Positions 20,465-31,203 of a stretch of 64,000 bases of DNA are shown piece after piece. Each line of letters begins with the position of its first letter. Within the stretch, counting starts at the first letter, position 1. The DNA comes from Nitrospirota bacterium (lineage in GTDB: Bacteria; Nitrospirota; UBA9217). A model generated the notes under the pieces. It had not been told where the DNA came from, ran no database searches, and was given only the letters and a program-made list of their open reading frames with translations. A program made the position numbers and the translations under genes. The stretch covers positions 656,669-720,668 of the forward strand of contig CAVVUN010000001.1 of the NCBI GenBank assembly GCA_963751455.1, in the 5' to 3' direction.

Positions 20465-21777
20465 TTTCTCCCCTCCCCTGATATTAATTGCAAACTATAA
20501 TATTTGCCGTCAGCAGCCAAGTATTTACCATCGCTGGAAAAGGCAAAACCAAAAGATTCTATTCGAAATGCATACGCGGCTCCAGCATGAGTCACCAAGA
20601 GTAGGATATTATCGTATGGATTTTTAACGTCGCCTTTAACTTGCCAGGAGGCATATTTATAGTCCATTAACCAAATGCCTGTGAGTAATCCGTCTTTTGA
20701 AACATCAAATCTTGTGTTCGTTAAATACAAGGCGTTTTTGTCACCAAGATTCGTATTTACTTTATTAGACCAGACCTCTTTTCCCGTTTTCAGCTCAAGA
20801 AGTCGATATATATCGCAGCACATGTTCTTCTTTGCATGTTGCGGGTCATGGTAGTCCACAAACAAATACGTCCCATCTGGTGAACTATTAATGGTTTGAA
20901 CAACATAGCCGCTGTATTCATTTTTTTTTTGCCATTCCAAATGCCCGCCAGTATCAAACGACTCAATAGTGCCCTTAGTAGTGGCAATAATCATGTCTTT
21001 ACCTTTGTCGCTCAGTATCCCCGCTACCATGGAACCAACTTCTTCTTCGCTCTTCATATATTCAAAAAGAAGTCCACTCCGGCAGGAAAATACTTTAACC
21101 CCTCTCCTTGGAGGGTATGCAACGAGTTTCTTTTCAAAATAATAAGAATGGGCCGTTCTTACATCGGACAGTAGAAAGATATCTGCTTCCAGTGCAAAAA
21201 CTACCTCTACCCCCGGATTCGTCAGCCCAGGCTCATCGTACTTCCAGAGAATCTCATTCGTTTTTGGGTCGATTGACCTCAACCAGTCTTCTCGTTTTCT
21301 CTTAGCATCGAAGTAGCCGCCAAACTCGACAATGCAATTCCCGTTGGGGCTTTTAAGTGCGTACAAGTGATTGCGACGTCCTTCATCCCCCTCTGCGTCC
21401 CTCTCAAGCCATTTCTTTATTTGCTTCCTCTCATCCGTTTCAGGAAGCTTTACTTCGGGCTTCTTCTCTTCCCTTGGGAACTCCACCCCCTCAGGAAGCT
21501 TATCGACGACCGAAAAGACCTCGTCCAGCGACGGCAAATCTTTCAAGCTCCCCCAGGTAACGACCGGCAAGCCCTCTTCGCTCATTACTTCCTTGCCGCG
21601 AGCGCGTTCGAGAGCCGATGGTTGTTGTTTCGCCTTTGCGCCTGTTTGTTGCTCGGGCTGTTGAGTGGCGCTATTCTGTGGTTGGACTGGAGTGAAACCC
21701 TCTTTTGTTTTCTTACAAGCGAAGGAGAGAAAGCATATAATAGATAGCGCGATACTACAGAATATGATTTTCTTCAT
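20461..21777 (-). CDS. Lipoprotein with probable beta-propeller C-terminus, paralog A
   Basis: Lipobox LSFAC; N-half closely matches 18611-19909, C-half divergent. Confidence 0.8.
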   Translation of the reverse strand: MKKIIFCSIALSIICFLSFACKKTKEGFTPVQPQNSATQQPEQQTGAKAKQQPSALERARGKEVMSEEGLPVVTWGSLKDLPSLDEVFSVVDKLPEGVEFPREEKKPEVKLPETDERKQIKKWLERDAEGDEGRRNHLYALKSPNGNCIVEFGGYFDAKRKREDWLRSIDPKTNEILWKYDEPGLTNPGVEVVFALEADIFLLSDVRTAHSYYFEKKLVAYPPRRGVKVFSCRSGLLFEYMKSEEEVGSMVAGILSDKGKDMIIATTKGTIESFDTGGHLEWQKKNEYSGYVVQTINSSPDGTYLFVDYHDPQHAKKNMCCDIYRLLELKTGKEVWSNKVNTNLGDKNALYLTNTRFDVSKDGLLTGIWLMDYKYASWQVKGDVKNPYDNILLLVTHAGAAYAFRIESFGFAFSSDGKYLAADGKYYSLQLISGEGRK

Positions 21778-22145
21778 TTTCTTCCCTCCATCGATCACTG
21801 ACCGATGATTGATTAACAACTCAGTTTTTTATTAGCTGATTTTTTTGACTCGTTGGTAGGGATACAAGGTGCATTTCAGCAAAGCTTTACAAACGGGTGG
21901 AACGAAAAACGAAAATTTGTATTGCTTGACTTGAATGCTTGTGCGGATACATTCTGGAATGTAACCTGATTATTGTCGAGCTGAACTAGTTTGTCAAGGT
22001 TTTCGATGGTATTATATACGTATGCCTGTCAAATTGAAGATATAGAAAATGTGTTAATGAAGGTATTATGACATGAAAATATCGAAGAAAAAACCCGCCG
22101 GAGAGTTATTAATCCAGCGGGCTCTTAAAGGCTCTAAGAATTTTT

Positions 22146-22838
22146 TTACGAAGCAAGCTCTCTATCTTTAATCTTGATCTCAGCCTTGTTTTTCAGGCTT
22201 TTTACGAAAACATCGAGTGCATCGCGCTGTTTTTCATCGAGAAGCGTCCGCTTGAAACTCTCCTTGTTTTTTTCATAATCGCCCTTTTTGGCCTTCGGAT
22301 TCCTGGCCGCGTATGCCGCAGCAAGCTCTGCATCGATTACCGCTACCCCGTCCTGGACCAGCCGCTCCAGTTTTTGCCTCTTGAGATATTCGCGCTGGCT
22401 CGCCTCAAAAACAGCCGGCGTCATGTTAATATTTTGGAGCGCCCGTTCATATATCCGCTTGTCAAATTTTCCCTGGGGACTGAAGGACGGAATCTGCATG
22501 ATATAGGCCTGGAGTTCTTCATCGGTTATCCGTATACCCTGTTTCTCTGATTCCTGGACGAGCAGCCGGTTTTCGATCAACTGCTGCAAGGCCTGGCTCC
22601 TGAGCATCTTGACCAGATTGTCGTTCATCTGGTCTTTGAATAACTGCCGGTAGTTTTCATACATGTTCTGATAAACGCGGTTGTAGTCATCCGCGGTTAT
22701 CACATACCCGTCCACCTTAGCTACCGTCCTTCCGGCAACATCTGACGGATAAATTCCGAAAAACAAAAACGTTACCGTTACGAGCACCACAATCAGCCAC
22801 ATGATCCATTTCATGTGTCTATGCATTTGTTCAAGCAT
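22146..22838 (-). CDS. SurA N-terminal domain protein (PpiD-like periplasmic chaperone)
   Basis: N-terminal TM; VAKVDG..IT...ALQQLIENRLL...GIRITDEEL...GKFD. Confidence 0.85.
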   Translation of the reverse strand: MLEQMHRHMKWIMWLIVVLVTVTFLFFGIYPSDVAGRTVAKVDGYVITADDYNRVYQNMYENYRQLFKDQMNDNLVKMLRSQALQQLIENRLLVQESEKQGIRITDEELQAYIMQIPSFSPQGKFDKRIYERALQNINMTPAVFEASQREYLKRQKLERLVQDGVAVIDAELAAAYAARNPKAKKGDYEKNKESFKRTLLDEKQRDALDVFVKSLKNKAEIKIKDRELAS

Positions 22839-22914
22839 TCTCTTAACCCCCTATCAAATTCGGATTGCGGAATAAAAAAGCATGCATCCCTGCATCCTGC
22901 ATCAGTCTATCACT

Positions 22915-24342
22915 TCATTCGCTCAGTTTCTTCTTGAGCAATTGGTTCACCAGGTCCGGGTTCGCCTTCCCTTTGCTCGCCTTCATAACCTGTCCCACAA
23001 AGAACCCGAAGAGCTTTTCCTTGCCGGATTTGAATTCGGCAGCCTGGCCGGGGCTGGCCTTGATCACCTCGTCTATGATCTTCTCGATGGCGCCGGTGTC
23101 CGAAACCTGCACGAGGCCCTGCTCCTTGACTATCGTCTCGGCGTCCTTTCCGGATTTGTACATCTCTTCGAACACGGTTTTCGCAATCTTGGTGCTGATT
23201 ACGCCGTTCTCAATCATCTTTATCATGCCCGCCAGCAGTCCCGGCTTGATCGCAGAGTCGTCAATCTCCCTGGACTCCGCATTCAGGAGACGCATCAACT
23301 CTCCCATCATCCAGTTGGACACAACCTTGGGCTGGCCGGAAAGCGCGGCCGCTTCTTCGAAATACGATGCCATGGCCCTGGTTTGCGTCAGCATGTCGGC
23401 GTCATATTCGGGCAGACCGTAATCCTTTGCAAAACGGGCCCGTTTCGCGTCAGGAAGTTCGGGAATGGTCTTTCCTATGCTTTCAACAGTTTCTCTTGAA
23501 ACAACGATTGGTACGAGATCCGGCTCCGGGAAATAACGGTAGTCGTGGGCCTCTTCCTTGCTCCGCATGGAGAAGGTTACGCCCTTGGTGGAATCAAAAA
23601 GTCTTGTTTCCTGGATTACCCTGCCGCCCTCATCCAGTATCTGCGCCTGGCGCTTTATCTCGTACTCCAGCGCCTTTTGAACAAACTTGAAGGAGTTTAC
23701 GTTTTTTATCTCGGCCCTTGTCCCGAACTCTTTCGCCCCGACCTGCCGGATGGATACGTTCGCGTCGCACCGGAAGTTCCCCTTTTCCATATCCGCGTCG
23801 GATACTTCTATATACCGAAGGATCGACCGGAGCTTTTTCAGATACTCCGATGCTTCTTCGGAGCTGCGAATGTCGGGTTCTGACACGATCTCCATAAGCG
23901 GCGTGCCGGCTCGGTTCAGGTCCACGAGACTCGCGCCGCCCTGCCCGTGAAGGTTCTTTCCGGCGTCTTCTTCGAGATGGATACGCGTGAGCCCGACACG
24001 CTTCACCTTCCCGTCGACCACGATCTCGACGTACCCGTGCTCGCAAACCGGAAGTTCGTACTGCGAGATCTGGTATCCCTTCGGAAGGTCCGGATAAAAA
24101 TAATTCTTGCGTGCAAACCTGCTGTAGGGAGTAACCGTGCAATGCGTGGCGATGCCCGTCTTGACAATGTACTCCACGGCCTTTTTATTCAACACCGGCA
24201 GTACGCCCGGCATGCCTATGCAGACCGGACAGGTGTGCGAGTTCGCTTCTTCGCCGAAGCGGGTTTCGCATCCGCAGAATATCTTCGTCTTTGTCTGGAG
24301 CTGCGCATGCACTTCCAGGCCGATCACTGCTTCGTATTTCAC
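22915..24342 (-). CDS. gatB: Asp/Glu-tRNA amidotransferase subunit B
   Basis: [49 protein letters not shown]. Confidence 0.98.
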   Translation of the reverse strand: MKYEAVIGLEVHAQLQTKTKIFCGCETRFGEEANSHTCPVCIGMPGVLPVLNKKAVEYIVKTGIATHCTVTPYSRFARKNYFYPDLPKGYQISQYELPVCEHGYVEIVVDGKVKRVGLTRIHLEEDAGKNLHGQGGASLVDLNRAGTPLMEIVSEPDIRSSEEASEYLKKLRSILRYIEVSDADMEKGNFRCDANVSIRQVGAKEFGTRAEIKNVNSFKFVQKALEYEIKRQAQILDEGGRVIQETRLFDSTKGVTFSMRSKEEAHDYRYFPEPDLVPIVVSRETVESIGKTIPELPDAKRARFAKDYGLPEYDADMLTQTRAMASYFEEAAALSGQPKVVSNWMMGELMRLLNAESREIDDSAIKPGLLAGMIKMIENGVISTKIAKTVFEEMYKSGKDAETIVKEQGLVQVSDTGAIEKIIDEVIKASPGQAAEFKSGKEKLFGFFVGQVMKASKGKANPDLVNQLLKKKLSE

Positions 24343-24363
24343 GATGTTTTACCTCTTTGCTTA

Positions 24364-24423
24364 TTTGGACCAAGGCAACCATGTTGCCGTTTGTCTTACG
24401 CCGACACGGTCGGCTTGCTCCAT
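24364..24423 (-). repeat. ~60-nt structured intergenic motif, copy 1 (gatA-gatB spacer)
   Basis: TGGAGCAAGCCGACCGTGTCGGCGT...GGTTGCCTTGGTCCA; second copy at 26348-26408. Confidence 0.7.
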
Positions 24424-24427
24424 ATCA

Positions 24428-25888
24428 CTACAGCTTCGGTTTCACCCTGTGCCACTCGGTCGCCTGCTCGTACGCGTACGCCGCATGCAGAATCGCTTCT
24501 TCATCGAAGTGCCTGCCGAGCAGCTGGAGCCCGATCGGCAGATTCGACGGGGTGAACCCGCAGGGTATTGATATCCCCGGGATGCCAGCCAGGTTCACGC
24601 TTATCGTGAATATGTCCGACAGGTACATCTGGAGCGGGTCAGCTGACTTCTCGCCGATTTTGAACGCCGCGCTGGGCGCCGTGGGTGTCGCGATAACGTC
24701 AACAGCCTTGAATGCTTCATCGAAATCGCGCTTGATAAGGGTCCTCACCTGCTGGCCTTTTTTGTAATACGCCTCATAATAGCCGGCCGACAACGCATAG
24801 GTGCCCAGCATGATTCTTCGCTTTACCTCGGGGCCGAAGCCCTGGTCGCGGGTCTTCTTATACATTTCCAGAAGGTCTTTGTAGCCCTCCGCGCGAAAAC
24901 CGTACTTGACTCCGTCGTATCGGGCGAGATTAGAACTTGCTTCCGATGTGGCCAGGATGTAGTACGTTGCCACCGCGAAACGTGTGTGCGGAAGCGAAAC
25001 ATCGACAACCCTCGCCCCGAGGCCCTCAAGAGTCTTAACTGCGTCCCTGACTGCCTTTTCCACTGCGGGATCCATGCCCTCAATAAAGTACTCTTTCGGA
25101 AGTCCGATCTTCATGCCTTTGACGTCTTTTTTGAGCGCTTTCATAAAATCGGGCGATGGTAAGTCTGCCGAGGTTGAGTCTTTCGGGTCATGCCCGCCTA
25201 TAACGTTCATCAGAAGAGCGCTGTCCGTAACGTCCTTGGTGATGGGCCCGATCTGGTCGAGCGAGGATGCGAACGCAACCAGGCCGAAACGTGAAACCCT
25301 GCCGTACGTCGGTTTCAGCCCCACGACCCCGCAGCAGGCCGCGGGCTGCCTGATCGACCCCCCCGTGTCTGAACCGAGAGAACCGATGCATTCATCGGCC
25401 GCGACCGCAGCAGCCGAACCTCCGCTCGACCCGCCGGGAATCCGTTCCAGGTCCCATGGATTTTTCGTTATGAAAAAACCGGAATTCTCTGTGGACGATC
25501 CCATGGCAAACTCGTCCATGTTCGGCTTACCGCAGAGAACATAGCCTGCCTGCTTCAGGTTTCGGACAACCGTCGCATCATACGGCGGCACGAAGTTGCC
25601 GAGTATCTTGGAAGCGCACGTAGTCTTCACGCCTTCTGTACACATATTGTCTTTTACGGCGATCGGAATGCCGAGCAGGGGCGAAGAATCATCTCCGGAC
25701 TTCAACCGTTTGTCCGCCTCCTCGGCCTGCTGCATGGCTGTCTCTTCAGTAACGGTTATGAACGCCTTCACTTTCCCGTCGACTGCTTTGATCCTCGCAA
25801 GCACTGATTCGGTCACGGCGCGGGATGTTGTCTCGCGCTTCTTAAGCATGTCATGCAATTCATGGATGGTGAGCCGATACAAGTCCAT
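24428..25888 (-). CDS. gatA: Asp/Glu-tRNA amidotransferase subunit A
   Basis: Amidase signature [12 protein letters not shown]...[12 protein letters not shown]; SSNLARYDG. Confidence 0.98.
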   Translation of the reverse strand: MDLYRLTIHELHDMLKKRETTSRAVTESVLARIKAVDGKVKAFITVTEETAMQQAEEADKRLKSGDDSSPLLGIPIAVKDNMCTEGVKTTCASKILGNFVPPYDATVVRNLKQAGYVLCGKPNMDEFAMGSSTENSGFFITKNPWDLERIPGGSSGGSAAAVAADECIGSLGSDTGGSIRQPAACCGVVGLKPTYGRVSRFGLVAFASSLDQIGPITKDVTDSALLMNVIGGHDPKDSTSADLPSPDFMKALKKDVKGMKIGLPKEYFIEGMDPAVEKAVRDAVKTLEGLGARVVDVSLPHTRFAVATYYILATSEASSNLARYDGVKYGFRAEGYKDLLEMYKKTRDQGFGPEVKRRIMLGTYALSAGYYEAYYKKGQQVRTLIKRDFDEAFKAVDVIATPTAPSAAFKIGEKSADPLQMYLSDIFTISVNLAGIPGISIPCGFTPSNLPIGLQLLGRHFDEEAILHAAYAYEQATEWHRVKPKL

Positions 25889-25982
25889 TAAAAGTCCTCA
25901 TTTCAAATCTCAAGTGAAAATCAAAACTATAAATTTCTTTCCAATAATTTGCGATTTGCAATTTAATATTTGCAATCTGCAA

Positions 25983-26333
25983 TTAGCTTTTGACCTTGTT
26001 TTTCTCATCCACCAGGACGATCCTCGGTTTGAACGTCTTGAGCTCTTCTTCGTTAAAGAACTCGTAGCAGAAAACAATAACCTTGTCGCCTTTGACGCCT
26101 TTTCGCGCTGTCGGCCCATTCAGCACCATCTGTCCGGAACCGGGCTTGCCCGGTATCACGTACGTTTCGAACCGCTCTCCGTTATTCAGGTTTGATACGC
26201 TGACCTTCTCGTACGGCAGAATTCCCGCTTTTTCCAGAAGCAGCGGATCAATGGTCATGCTCCCCTCATACTCGAGGTTCGAGTCCGTCACAGTTGCCCT
26301 GTGTATTTTTGATCTCAACATTACTCTGAACAT
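25983..26333 (-). CDS. panD: Aspartate 1-decarboxylase
   Basis: [19 protein letters not shown] (Gly-Ser pyruvoyl cleavage site), [17 protein letters not shown]. Confidence 0.95.
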   Translation of the reverse strand: MFRVMLRSKIHRATVTDSNLEYEGSMTIDPLLLEKAGILPYEKVSVSNLNNGERFETYVIPGKPGSGQMVLNGPTARKGVKGDKVIVFCYEFFNEEELKTFKPRIVLVDEKNKVKS

Positions 26334-26347
26334 GTCTTTTATCCTTT

Positions 26348-26408
26348 TTTGGACCAAGACAACCGCATCATCTTATTCTTTCACGCCGACACGGTCGGAT
26401 TGCTCCAT
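26348..26408 (-). repeat. ~60-nt structured intergenic motif, copy 2 (gatC-panD spacer)
   Basis: TGGAGCAATCCGACCGTGTCGGCGT...GGTTGTCTTGGTCCA. Confidence 0.7.
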
Positions 26409-26410
26409 GG

Positions 26411-26698
26411 TTATTCTATGATCAACGGCACTCGATAGTGCCCAGCAGTCTTGTCCGGTGCGTTTGCAAGCGCTTTTTCCTGCGCAAGGCTCTCATGCGG
26501 AATATCTTCACGCATAACATTGCTGATGTCAAGCACATGCGAAGTCGGGTCTACCCCTTTGGTATCCAGCTCATTCAATTGCTCTACATAGGTGAGTATA
26601 TTCGAAAGCTGGTCAATAAGATTTGCCTTTTCGTTATCGGAGAGTTCGAGCCGCGCCAGGCCCGCAACGTGTTCGACTTCCTGTTTCGTTATTTTCAT
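26411..26698 (-). CDS. gatC: Asp/Glu-tRNA amidotransferase subunit C
   Basis: EVEHVAGLARL...LNELDTKGVDPT...ALANAP...YRVP. Confidence 0.96.
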   Translation of the reverse strand: MKITKQEVEHVAGLARLELSDNEKANLIDQLSNILTYVEQLNELDTKGVDPTSHVLDISNVMREDIPHESLAQEKALANAPDKTAGHYRVPLIIE

Positions 26699-26719
26699 TC
26701 TGACTCCTCAGATTTCTTT

Positions 26720-26803
26720 GGACACGGATTTACACGGGAGATTCGGATAATATTTTTCTCTTCTACTTTTTCTCATCCGGTTTTTCAGAACTTATCCGTG
26801 TCC
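26720..26803. repeat. Inverted-repeat element (GGACACGGAT...ATCCGTGTCC)
   Basis: 10-bp perfect inverted repeat in the uvrD-gatC spacer. Confidence 0.55.
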
Positions 26804-26815
26804 CGATTTCAGTTT

Positions 26816-29071
26816 TTATATCACTTCCAGGTTCGCGTACTTCACAGCCAGTGTTTTGACCCCGTGTCCCGGAAAACTTACGCTGATCTTAAGGTCGTCT
26901 CCGGCCCCTTCGGACCGCTGTACGGTCCCAAGCCCGAACTTCGCGTGGCGAACCACAGCCCCTTTATAATACCGCCCGTCCGGGTCTGTTTTCTTTGTCT
27001 GATCCGGGACGCAGGCCGCTTCCTTTGCAGGCTTCGACCCGGTGCTGAACAGGCTGGTGTTCCAGCGCGAATGGTCCCGCATAGCATGGGCATCGAAGCT
27101 GTTTCCGCCTCTCTTCTCCATCGCTTCATCAGGAATCTCCCGGACAAAGCGCGAAACCAGGTTCGCCTGAGGGTAGCCGTACAGTCTCCGTTCGGAAGCA
27201 TGGGTAAGCACGAGTTTTTCCTTTGCCCGGGTAATTCCGACGTAGCAAAGCCGCCGCTCTTCTTCAAGTTCCTCCTCGCTCTCCGCGGAACGCGAGTGGG
27301 GAAACAAGCCCTCTTCCATCCCCGACATAAACACAACCGCGAACTCGAGGCCCTTCGCATTATGGAGCGTCATCAGAGTAACAGAGTCGTCCCGGCCGCG
27401 CCTGTCGTTGCGTGCCGTCTGTTCTTCCGCATCGGTAATAAGGGCGACCTGGTCCAGGAAGGCCGCCAGCGAGGCATCCCTGTTCTGTTCCTGAAAATCC
27501 TCGGTTGCAGTCATCAGCTCGTTCAGGTTCTCGAGCCGTATCCGCGCTTCCACCGTTTTATCATGCTCGAGGGCGGCCCCGTATCCCGTTTCGTGGATCA
27601 CCCTCCGCGCGAGATCGGTTACTGACGCTTTTCCAAGGTCGGACCGCATTCGTTCCATGACTGTGGTGAATTCACCCAGCTTTCTCCTGGCGGAAGGGGA
27701 TATGTCTGCTCCATCCGGATTCAGGACCGCATCATAGAGGCTGCTTCCGGCCCTGTTTGCCGATTTTTCGAGTTTCTCCACGGTCGTATCGCCGATACCG
27801 CGCGCGGGCACGTTGATAATGCGGCGCAGGCTTACGATATCTGCGGTATTCTGCAGGACGCGCAAATACGCGATAACGTCCTTGATCTCCTTGCGGTCGT
27901 AGAACCGCAGACCTCCGAAAATCCGGTAAGGAAGGCCGCGGTTTCTGAGCGCGTCTTCAAGCGCCCGGGATTGCGCGTTGGTGCGATAGAGCACCGCAAT
28001 CTCCCGAAGACTCCTGCCTTCGTCGACTTCCTGCTCGACGGACCTGCAGATAAAACGCGCTTCGTCCTTCTCGTCCTGGGCCTGGTAACAGACAATCTTG
28101 TCGCCGCCCGCCTTGCGGGTCCAAAGCTCCTTGGGTTTTCTTCCCGTATTGCGGGCCACGACCGCCCCCGCCGCGCCAAGTATGTTCTGCGTAGAACGGT
28201 AGTTCTGCTCAAGCTTGATCACGCGGGCATCCGGATAGTCCTTTTCGAAGTTCAGAATATTCGAAATGTCAGCACCGCGAAATTTATAAATGCTCTGGTC
28301 GTCGTCTCCGACAACGCACAGGTTTTTCCGGCTGCCGGTCAGCAGCCGCACGAGCCGGTACTGGGCGTGGTTTGTATCCTGATACTCGTCGATCAGCACA
28401 TGGTGGAACAGTCCCTGGAAATACCCAAGGATATCGGGATGTCGTTCAAAAAGCCGCACGGTGAGCATCAGCAGGTCGTCGAAATCGACTGCGTCAGATG
28501 CCGTCAGCTTTTCCTGGTAGAGTGAATAAACCCGGGATACCGCCTCGTCGAACCCGAACCCGGCATTCCTTTTCTGGAACTCTTCCGGGTCGGTCAAATT
28601 GTTCTTCAGAGCGCTTATTTTAGCGCCGATCGCCCGCGGCTGATACCGCTCGGCGTCTATGTTCAAATCCGCTGCACAGGCCTTCATCAGCGACGACCTG
28701 TCGGTCTCGTCGTAAATAACGAACTGCCGTTTATACCCTATCCGGTCGCTGTATTGCCGCAAGACCCTGACGCAGGCCGAGTGGAAAGTGCTGATCCAGA
28801 GTCCCCCATATCCGATACCGCGACCCAGCCGCACATCGAGCATGCGCTCGAGCCTCTCCCTCATCTCGTTGGCGGCCTTGTTGGTGAAGGTGACGGCGAA
28901 GATATGGCCCGGATCGACCCCGCGCTCCCTGATCAGATGCGCTATCCTGCAGGTGATGACGCGAGTTTTGCCGCTCCCCGCCCCGGCCAGGATCAACAAC
29001 GGACCGTCGCCGTACAGCACTGCCTCACGCTGGGGAGGGTTGAGACTTTCCAGATAATCCATAATTTTCAT
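26816..29071 (-). CDS. uvrD: UvrD/PcrA superfamily 1 DNA helicase (start may be 29062)
   Basis: AGAGSGKT, DEYQDTN, VVGDDDQSIY, LEQNYRS, TLHNAKGLEF, EERRLCYVGITRA. Confidence 0.95.
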   Translation of the reverse strand: MKIMDYLESLNPPQREAVLYGDGPLLILAGAGSGKTRVITCRIAHLIRERGVDPGHIFAVTFTNKAANEMRERLERMLDVRLGRGIGYGGLWISTFHSACVRVLRQYSDRIGYKRQFVIYDETDRSSLMKACAADLNIDAERYQPRAIGAKISALKNNLTDPEEFQKRNAGFGFDEAVSRVYSLYQEKLTASDAVDFDDLLMLTVRLFERHPDILGYFQGLFHHVLIDEYQDTNHAQYRLVRLLTGSRKNLCVVGDDDQSIYKFRGADISNILNFEKDYPDARVIKLEQNYRSTQNILGAAGAVVARNTGRKPKELWTRKAGGDKIVCYQAQDEKDEARFICRSVEQEVDEGRSLREIAVLYRTNAQSRALEDALRNRGLPYRIFGGLRFYDRKEIKDVIAYLRVLQNTADIVSLRRIINVPARGIGDTTVEKLEKSANRAGSSLYDAVLNPDGADISPSARRKLGEFTTVMERMRSDLGKASVTDLARRVIHETGYGAALEHDKTVEARIRLENLNELMTATEDFQEQNRDASLAAFLDQVALITDAEEQTARNDRRGRDDSVTLMTLHNAKGLEFAVVFMSGMEEGLFPHSRSAESEEELEEERRLCYVGITRAKEKLVLTHASERRLYGYPQANLVSRFVREIPDEAMEKRGGNSFDAHAMRDHSRWNTSLFSTGSKPAKEAACVPDQTKKTDPDGRYYKGAVVRHAKFGLGTVQRSEGAGDDLKISVSFPGHGVKTLAVKYANLEVI

Positions 29072-29190
29072 TGCGAATTGCAGATTTCGCCCTGCACTCG
29101 CGCAGTCGCACTCGTAAGCGCCGGGTGCAGGCGGACTGCGGATTTAAACTGCTTTTCAATCCAAAATCCGAAATCCGCAATCCGAAATCG
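29070..29190. repeat. Heptamer-periodic inverted tracts with a nested CCTGCAC...GTGCAGG palindrome
   Basis: ttgcgaa/ttgcaga and atccaaa/atccgaa/atccgca tracts surround a palindrome at 29090-29134. Confidence 0.6.
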
Positions 29191-31020
29191 TTACTCCACC
29201 GTCACGCTCTTTGCCAGGTTTCTCGGCTGGTCCACGTCCGCTCCCCGCAGCACTGCAATATGGTATGCGAGAAGCTGAAGCGGTACGGACATCAGGATAG
29301 GCATCAGCAGCTGATTTGTGGCCGGAATCGGTATTGCGTAATCGAGCATGGTTCGGATCTCGTTGTCCCCATCGGTTATGATCGCGATCACGATCCCGCC
29401 CCGCGCCTTGACTTCCTGAATATTCCCGAGAATCTTGTCGTAAACCCCGTTTTTCCCGGCAAGCACGACAACCGGCATGTTCTCGTCAATCAGCGCGATC
29501 GGGCCGTGTTTCATCTCTCCAGCCGGATAGCCTTCTGCGTGGATGTACGAAATTTCCTTCAGTTTGAGCGCGCCTTCCAGTGCCACGGGGAAATTGGGCC
29601 CCCTTCCGAGATAAAGAAAATCGCTGGATTTAAAATATCGTTTCGCGATCTGGTCAATGTTCTCATTTTCCTCAAGGCACCGCTCGATCAATGAGGGTAT
29701 GTGCACAAGGTCCGCGAGTCTTGTTTTCATGTCGTCGACGCTCACCGTGCCGCGCTGCCGCGCGAAAAAGAGCGAAAAGATATACAGCGCTGTAAGCTGT
29801 GCCGTGAAAGCCTTGGTCGAAGCTACGCCGATTTCAGGCCCTGCGTGAGTATAGACCACGCCGTCGGCCTCGCGGCTTGCGGTCGAGCCCACGACATTAC
29901 AGATCGCAATTACGGTGGCGCCCTTCTTTTTCGCTTCGCGCATGGCTGCAAGCGTGTCGGCGGTCTCTCCCGACTGGGTGATCGCGATGAACAGAGTGTC
30001 TTTGCCGACAAGCGGGCACCGGTAACGAAATTCCGAGGCGATATCGACTTCGGTCGGGATGCACGCAACTTCCTCGAACATATACTTGCCCACAAGCCCG
30101 GCATGCCACGATGTGCCGCAGGCCACGATGAATATTTTTTTCACGCCGCTCAAACGCTCCGGGCCAAGCCCGATCTCTTCCAGGTGGATTTCACCGGTGT
30201 CCTGCGATATCCTGCCCCTGATCGTGTCCATGACCGCCCGGGGCTGCTCATATATCTCCTTGAGCATGAAGTGACGGTAACCGCCCTTCTCCGCCATTAC
30301 CGGGTTCCACATTACGCGCGTGATTTCACGTGTCAGTTCGGTGCCGGCAAGGTCCGTTATCCTGACGCCTTCACCCGACAGCACCACCATCTCGTCGTCG
30401 TTCAGAAACAGCATGTCCCTGGTGCGGTGCAGTACGGCCGGAATATCCGACGCGAGAAAGAATTCTCCCTGTCCCAGTCCGACCACCAGCGGACTGCCCT
30501 TGCGCGCGCCGATCACAACATCGGGTTCCCGTTCATCTATAACAGCCATCGCATACGCGCCTTCGAGGTGTTTGGCCGCTTCCCTCACTGCCTGTTCGAG
30601 CTTCATTCCGTTCCGGGCTATGCTGTCGATCAGATGTGCGATCACTTCGGTGTCCGTCTCAGACTGGAACTTCCTGCCCTGTGCTGAGAGGTCTCTCTTC
30701 AGGGACAAATAGTTTTCAATGATCCCGTTGTGCACTACGACAACGCTGCCTGCCCGATGAGGGTGGGCGTTCTCTTCAGACGGCCTCCCGTGCGTAGCCC
30801 ATCGCACGTGGCCGACGCCGACGCTGCCCGAGAGCGATTCGCCCCGCAGAAGCGTTTCAAGGTTCTGCAGCTTGCCGACGGCCCTGCGTACTTCGACCTT
30901 TCCGTTCTGGAGCACAGCTACGCCGGAGGAATCATAGCCCCGGTACTCAAGCTTCTTCAAGCCTTCAATAAGGATGGGAACCGCTGAATCCCTGCCTATA
31001 TAACCGATAATACCGCACAT
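29191..31020 (-). CDS. glmS: Glutamine-fructose-6-phosphate aminotransferase
   Basis: [40 protein letters not shown]. Confidence 0.98.
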   Translation of the reverse strand: MCGIIGYIGRDSAVPILIEGLKKLEYRGYDSSGVAVLQNGKVEVRRAVGKLQNLETLLRGESLSGSVGVGHVRWATHGRPSEENAHPHRAGSVVVVHNGIIENYLSLKRDLSAQGRKFQSETDTEVIAHLIDSIARNGMKLEQAVREAAKHLEGAYAMAVIDEREPDVVIGARKGSPLVVGLGQGEFFLASDIPAVLHRTRDMLFLNDDEMVVLSGEGVRITDLAGTELTREITRVMWNPVMAEKGGYRHFMLKEIYEQPRAVMDTIRGRISQDTGEIHLEEIGLGPERLSGVKKIFIVACGTSWHAGLVGKYMFEEVACIPTEVDIASEFRYRCPLVGKDTLFIAITQSGETADTLAAMREAKKKGATVIAICNVVGSTASREADGVVYTHAGPEIGVASTKAFTAQLTALYIFSLFFARQRGTVSVDDMKTRLADLVHIPSLIERCLEENENIDQIAKRYFKSSDFLYLGRGPNFPVALEGALKLKEISYIHAEGYPAGEMKHGPIALIDENMPVVVLAGKNGVYDKILGNIQEVKARGGIVIAIITDGDNEIRTMLDYAIPIPATNQLLMPILMSVPLQLLAYHIAVLRGADVDQPRNLAKSVTVE

Positions 31021-31048
31021 TGATCTTTACTCCAATTCTTAGAATCAC

Positions 31049-31177
31049 TAACTACTCACCCAAAAAGACTTTGGTCCGCAGATTTCACAGATGAACGCAG
31101 ATTAATACCGGAATTCTGATTTGCTTTTATCCGCGTAATCTGCGCAATCTGCGGATAAAAAATGACCTGAGCAGTTA
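31049..31177. repeat. Nested inverted repeats in the glmU-glmS spacer
   Basis: Outer TAACTACTCA/TGAGCAGTTA; inner 9-nt periodic CCGCAGATTTCACAGATGAACGCAGATT/ATCCGCGTAATCTGCGCAATCTGCGG. Confidence 0.6.
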
Positions 31178-31203
31178 CAATTTATTTATAATTCAGGTGC
31201 TTG

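Noticed and set aside
26700-26815. T-box or other leader before gatC
   Set aside because: Too short and no T-box consensus; only an inverted-repeat element.
31021-31200. glmS ribozyme upstream of glmS
   Set aside because: The spacer consists of periodic inverted repeats, and I could not see the conserved ribozyme core.
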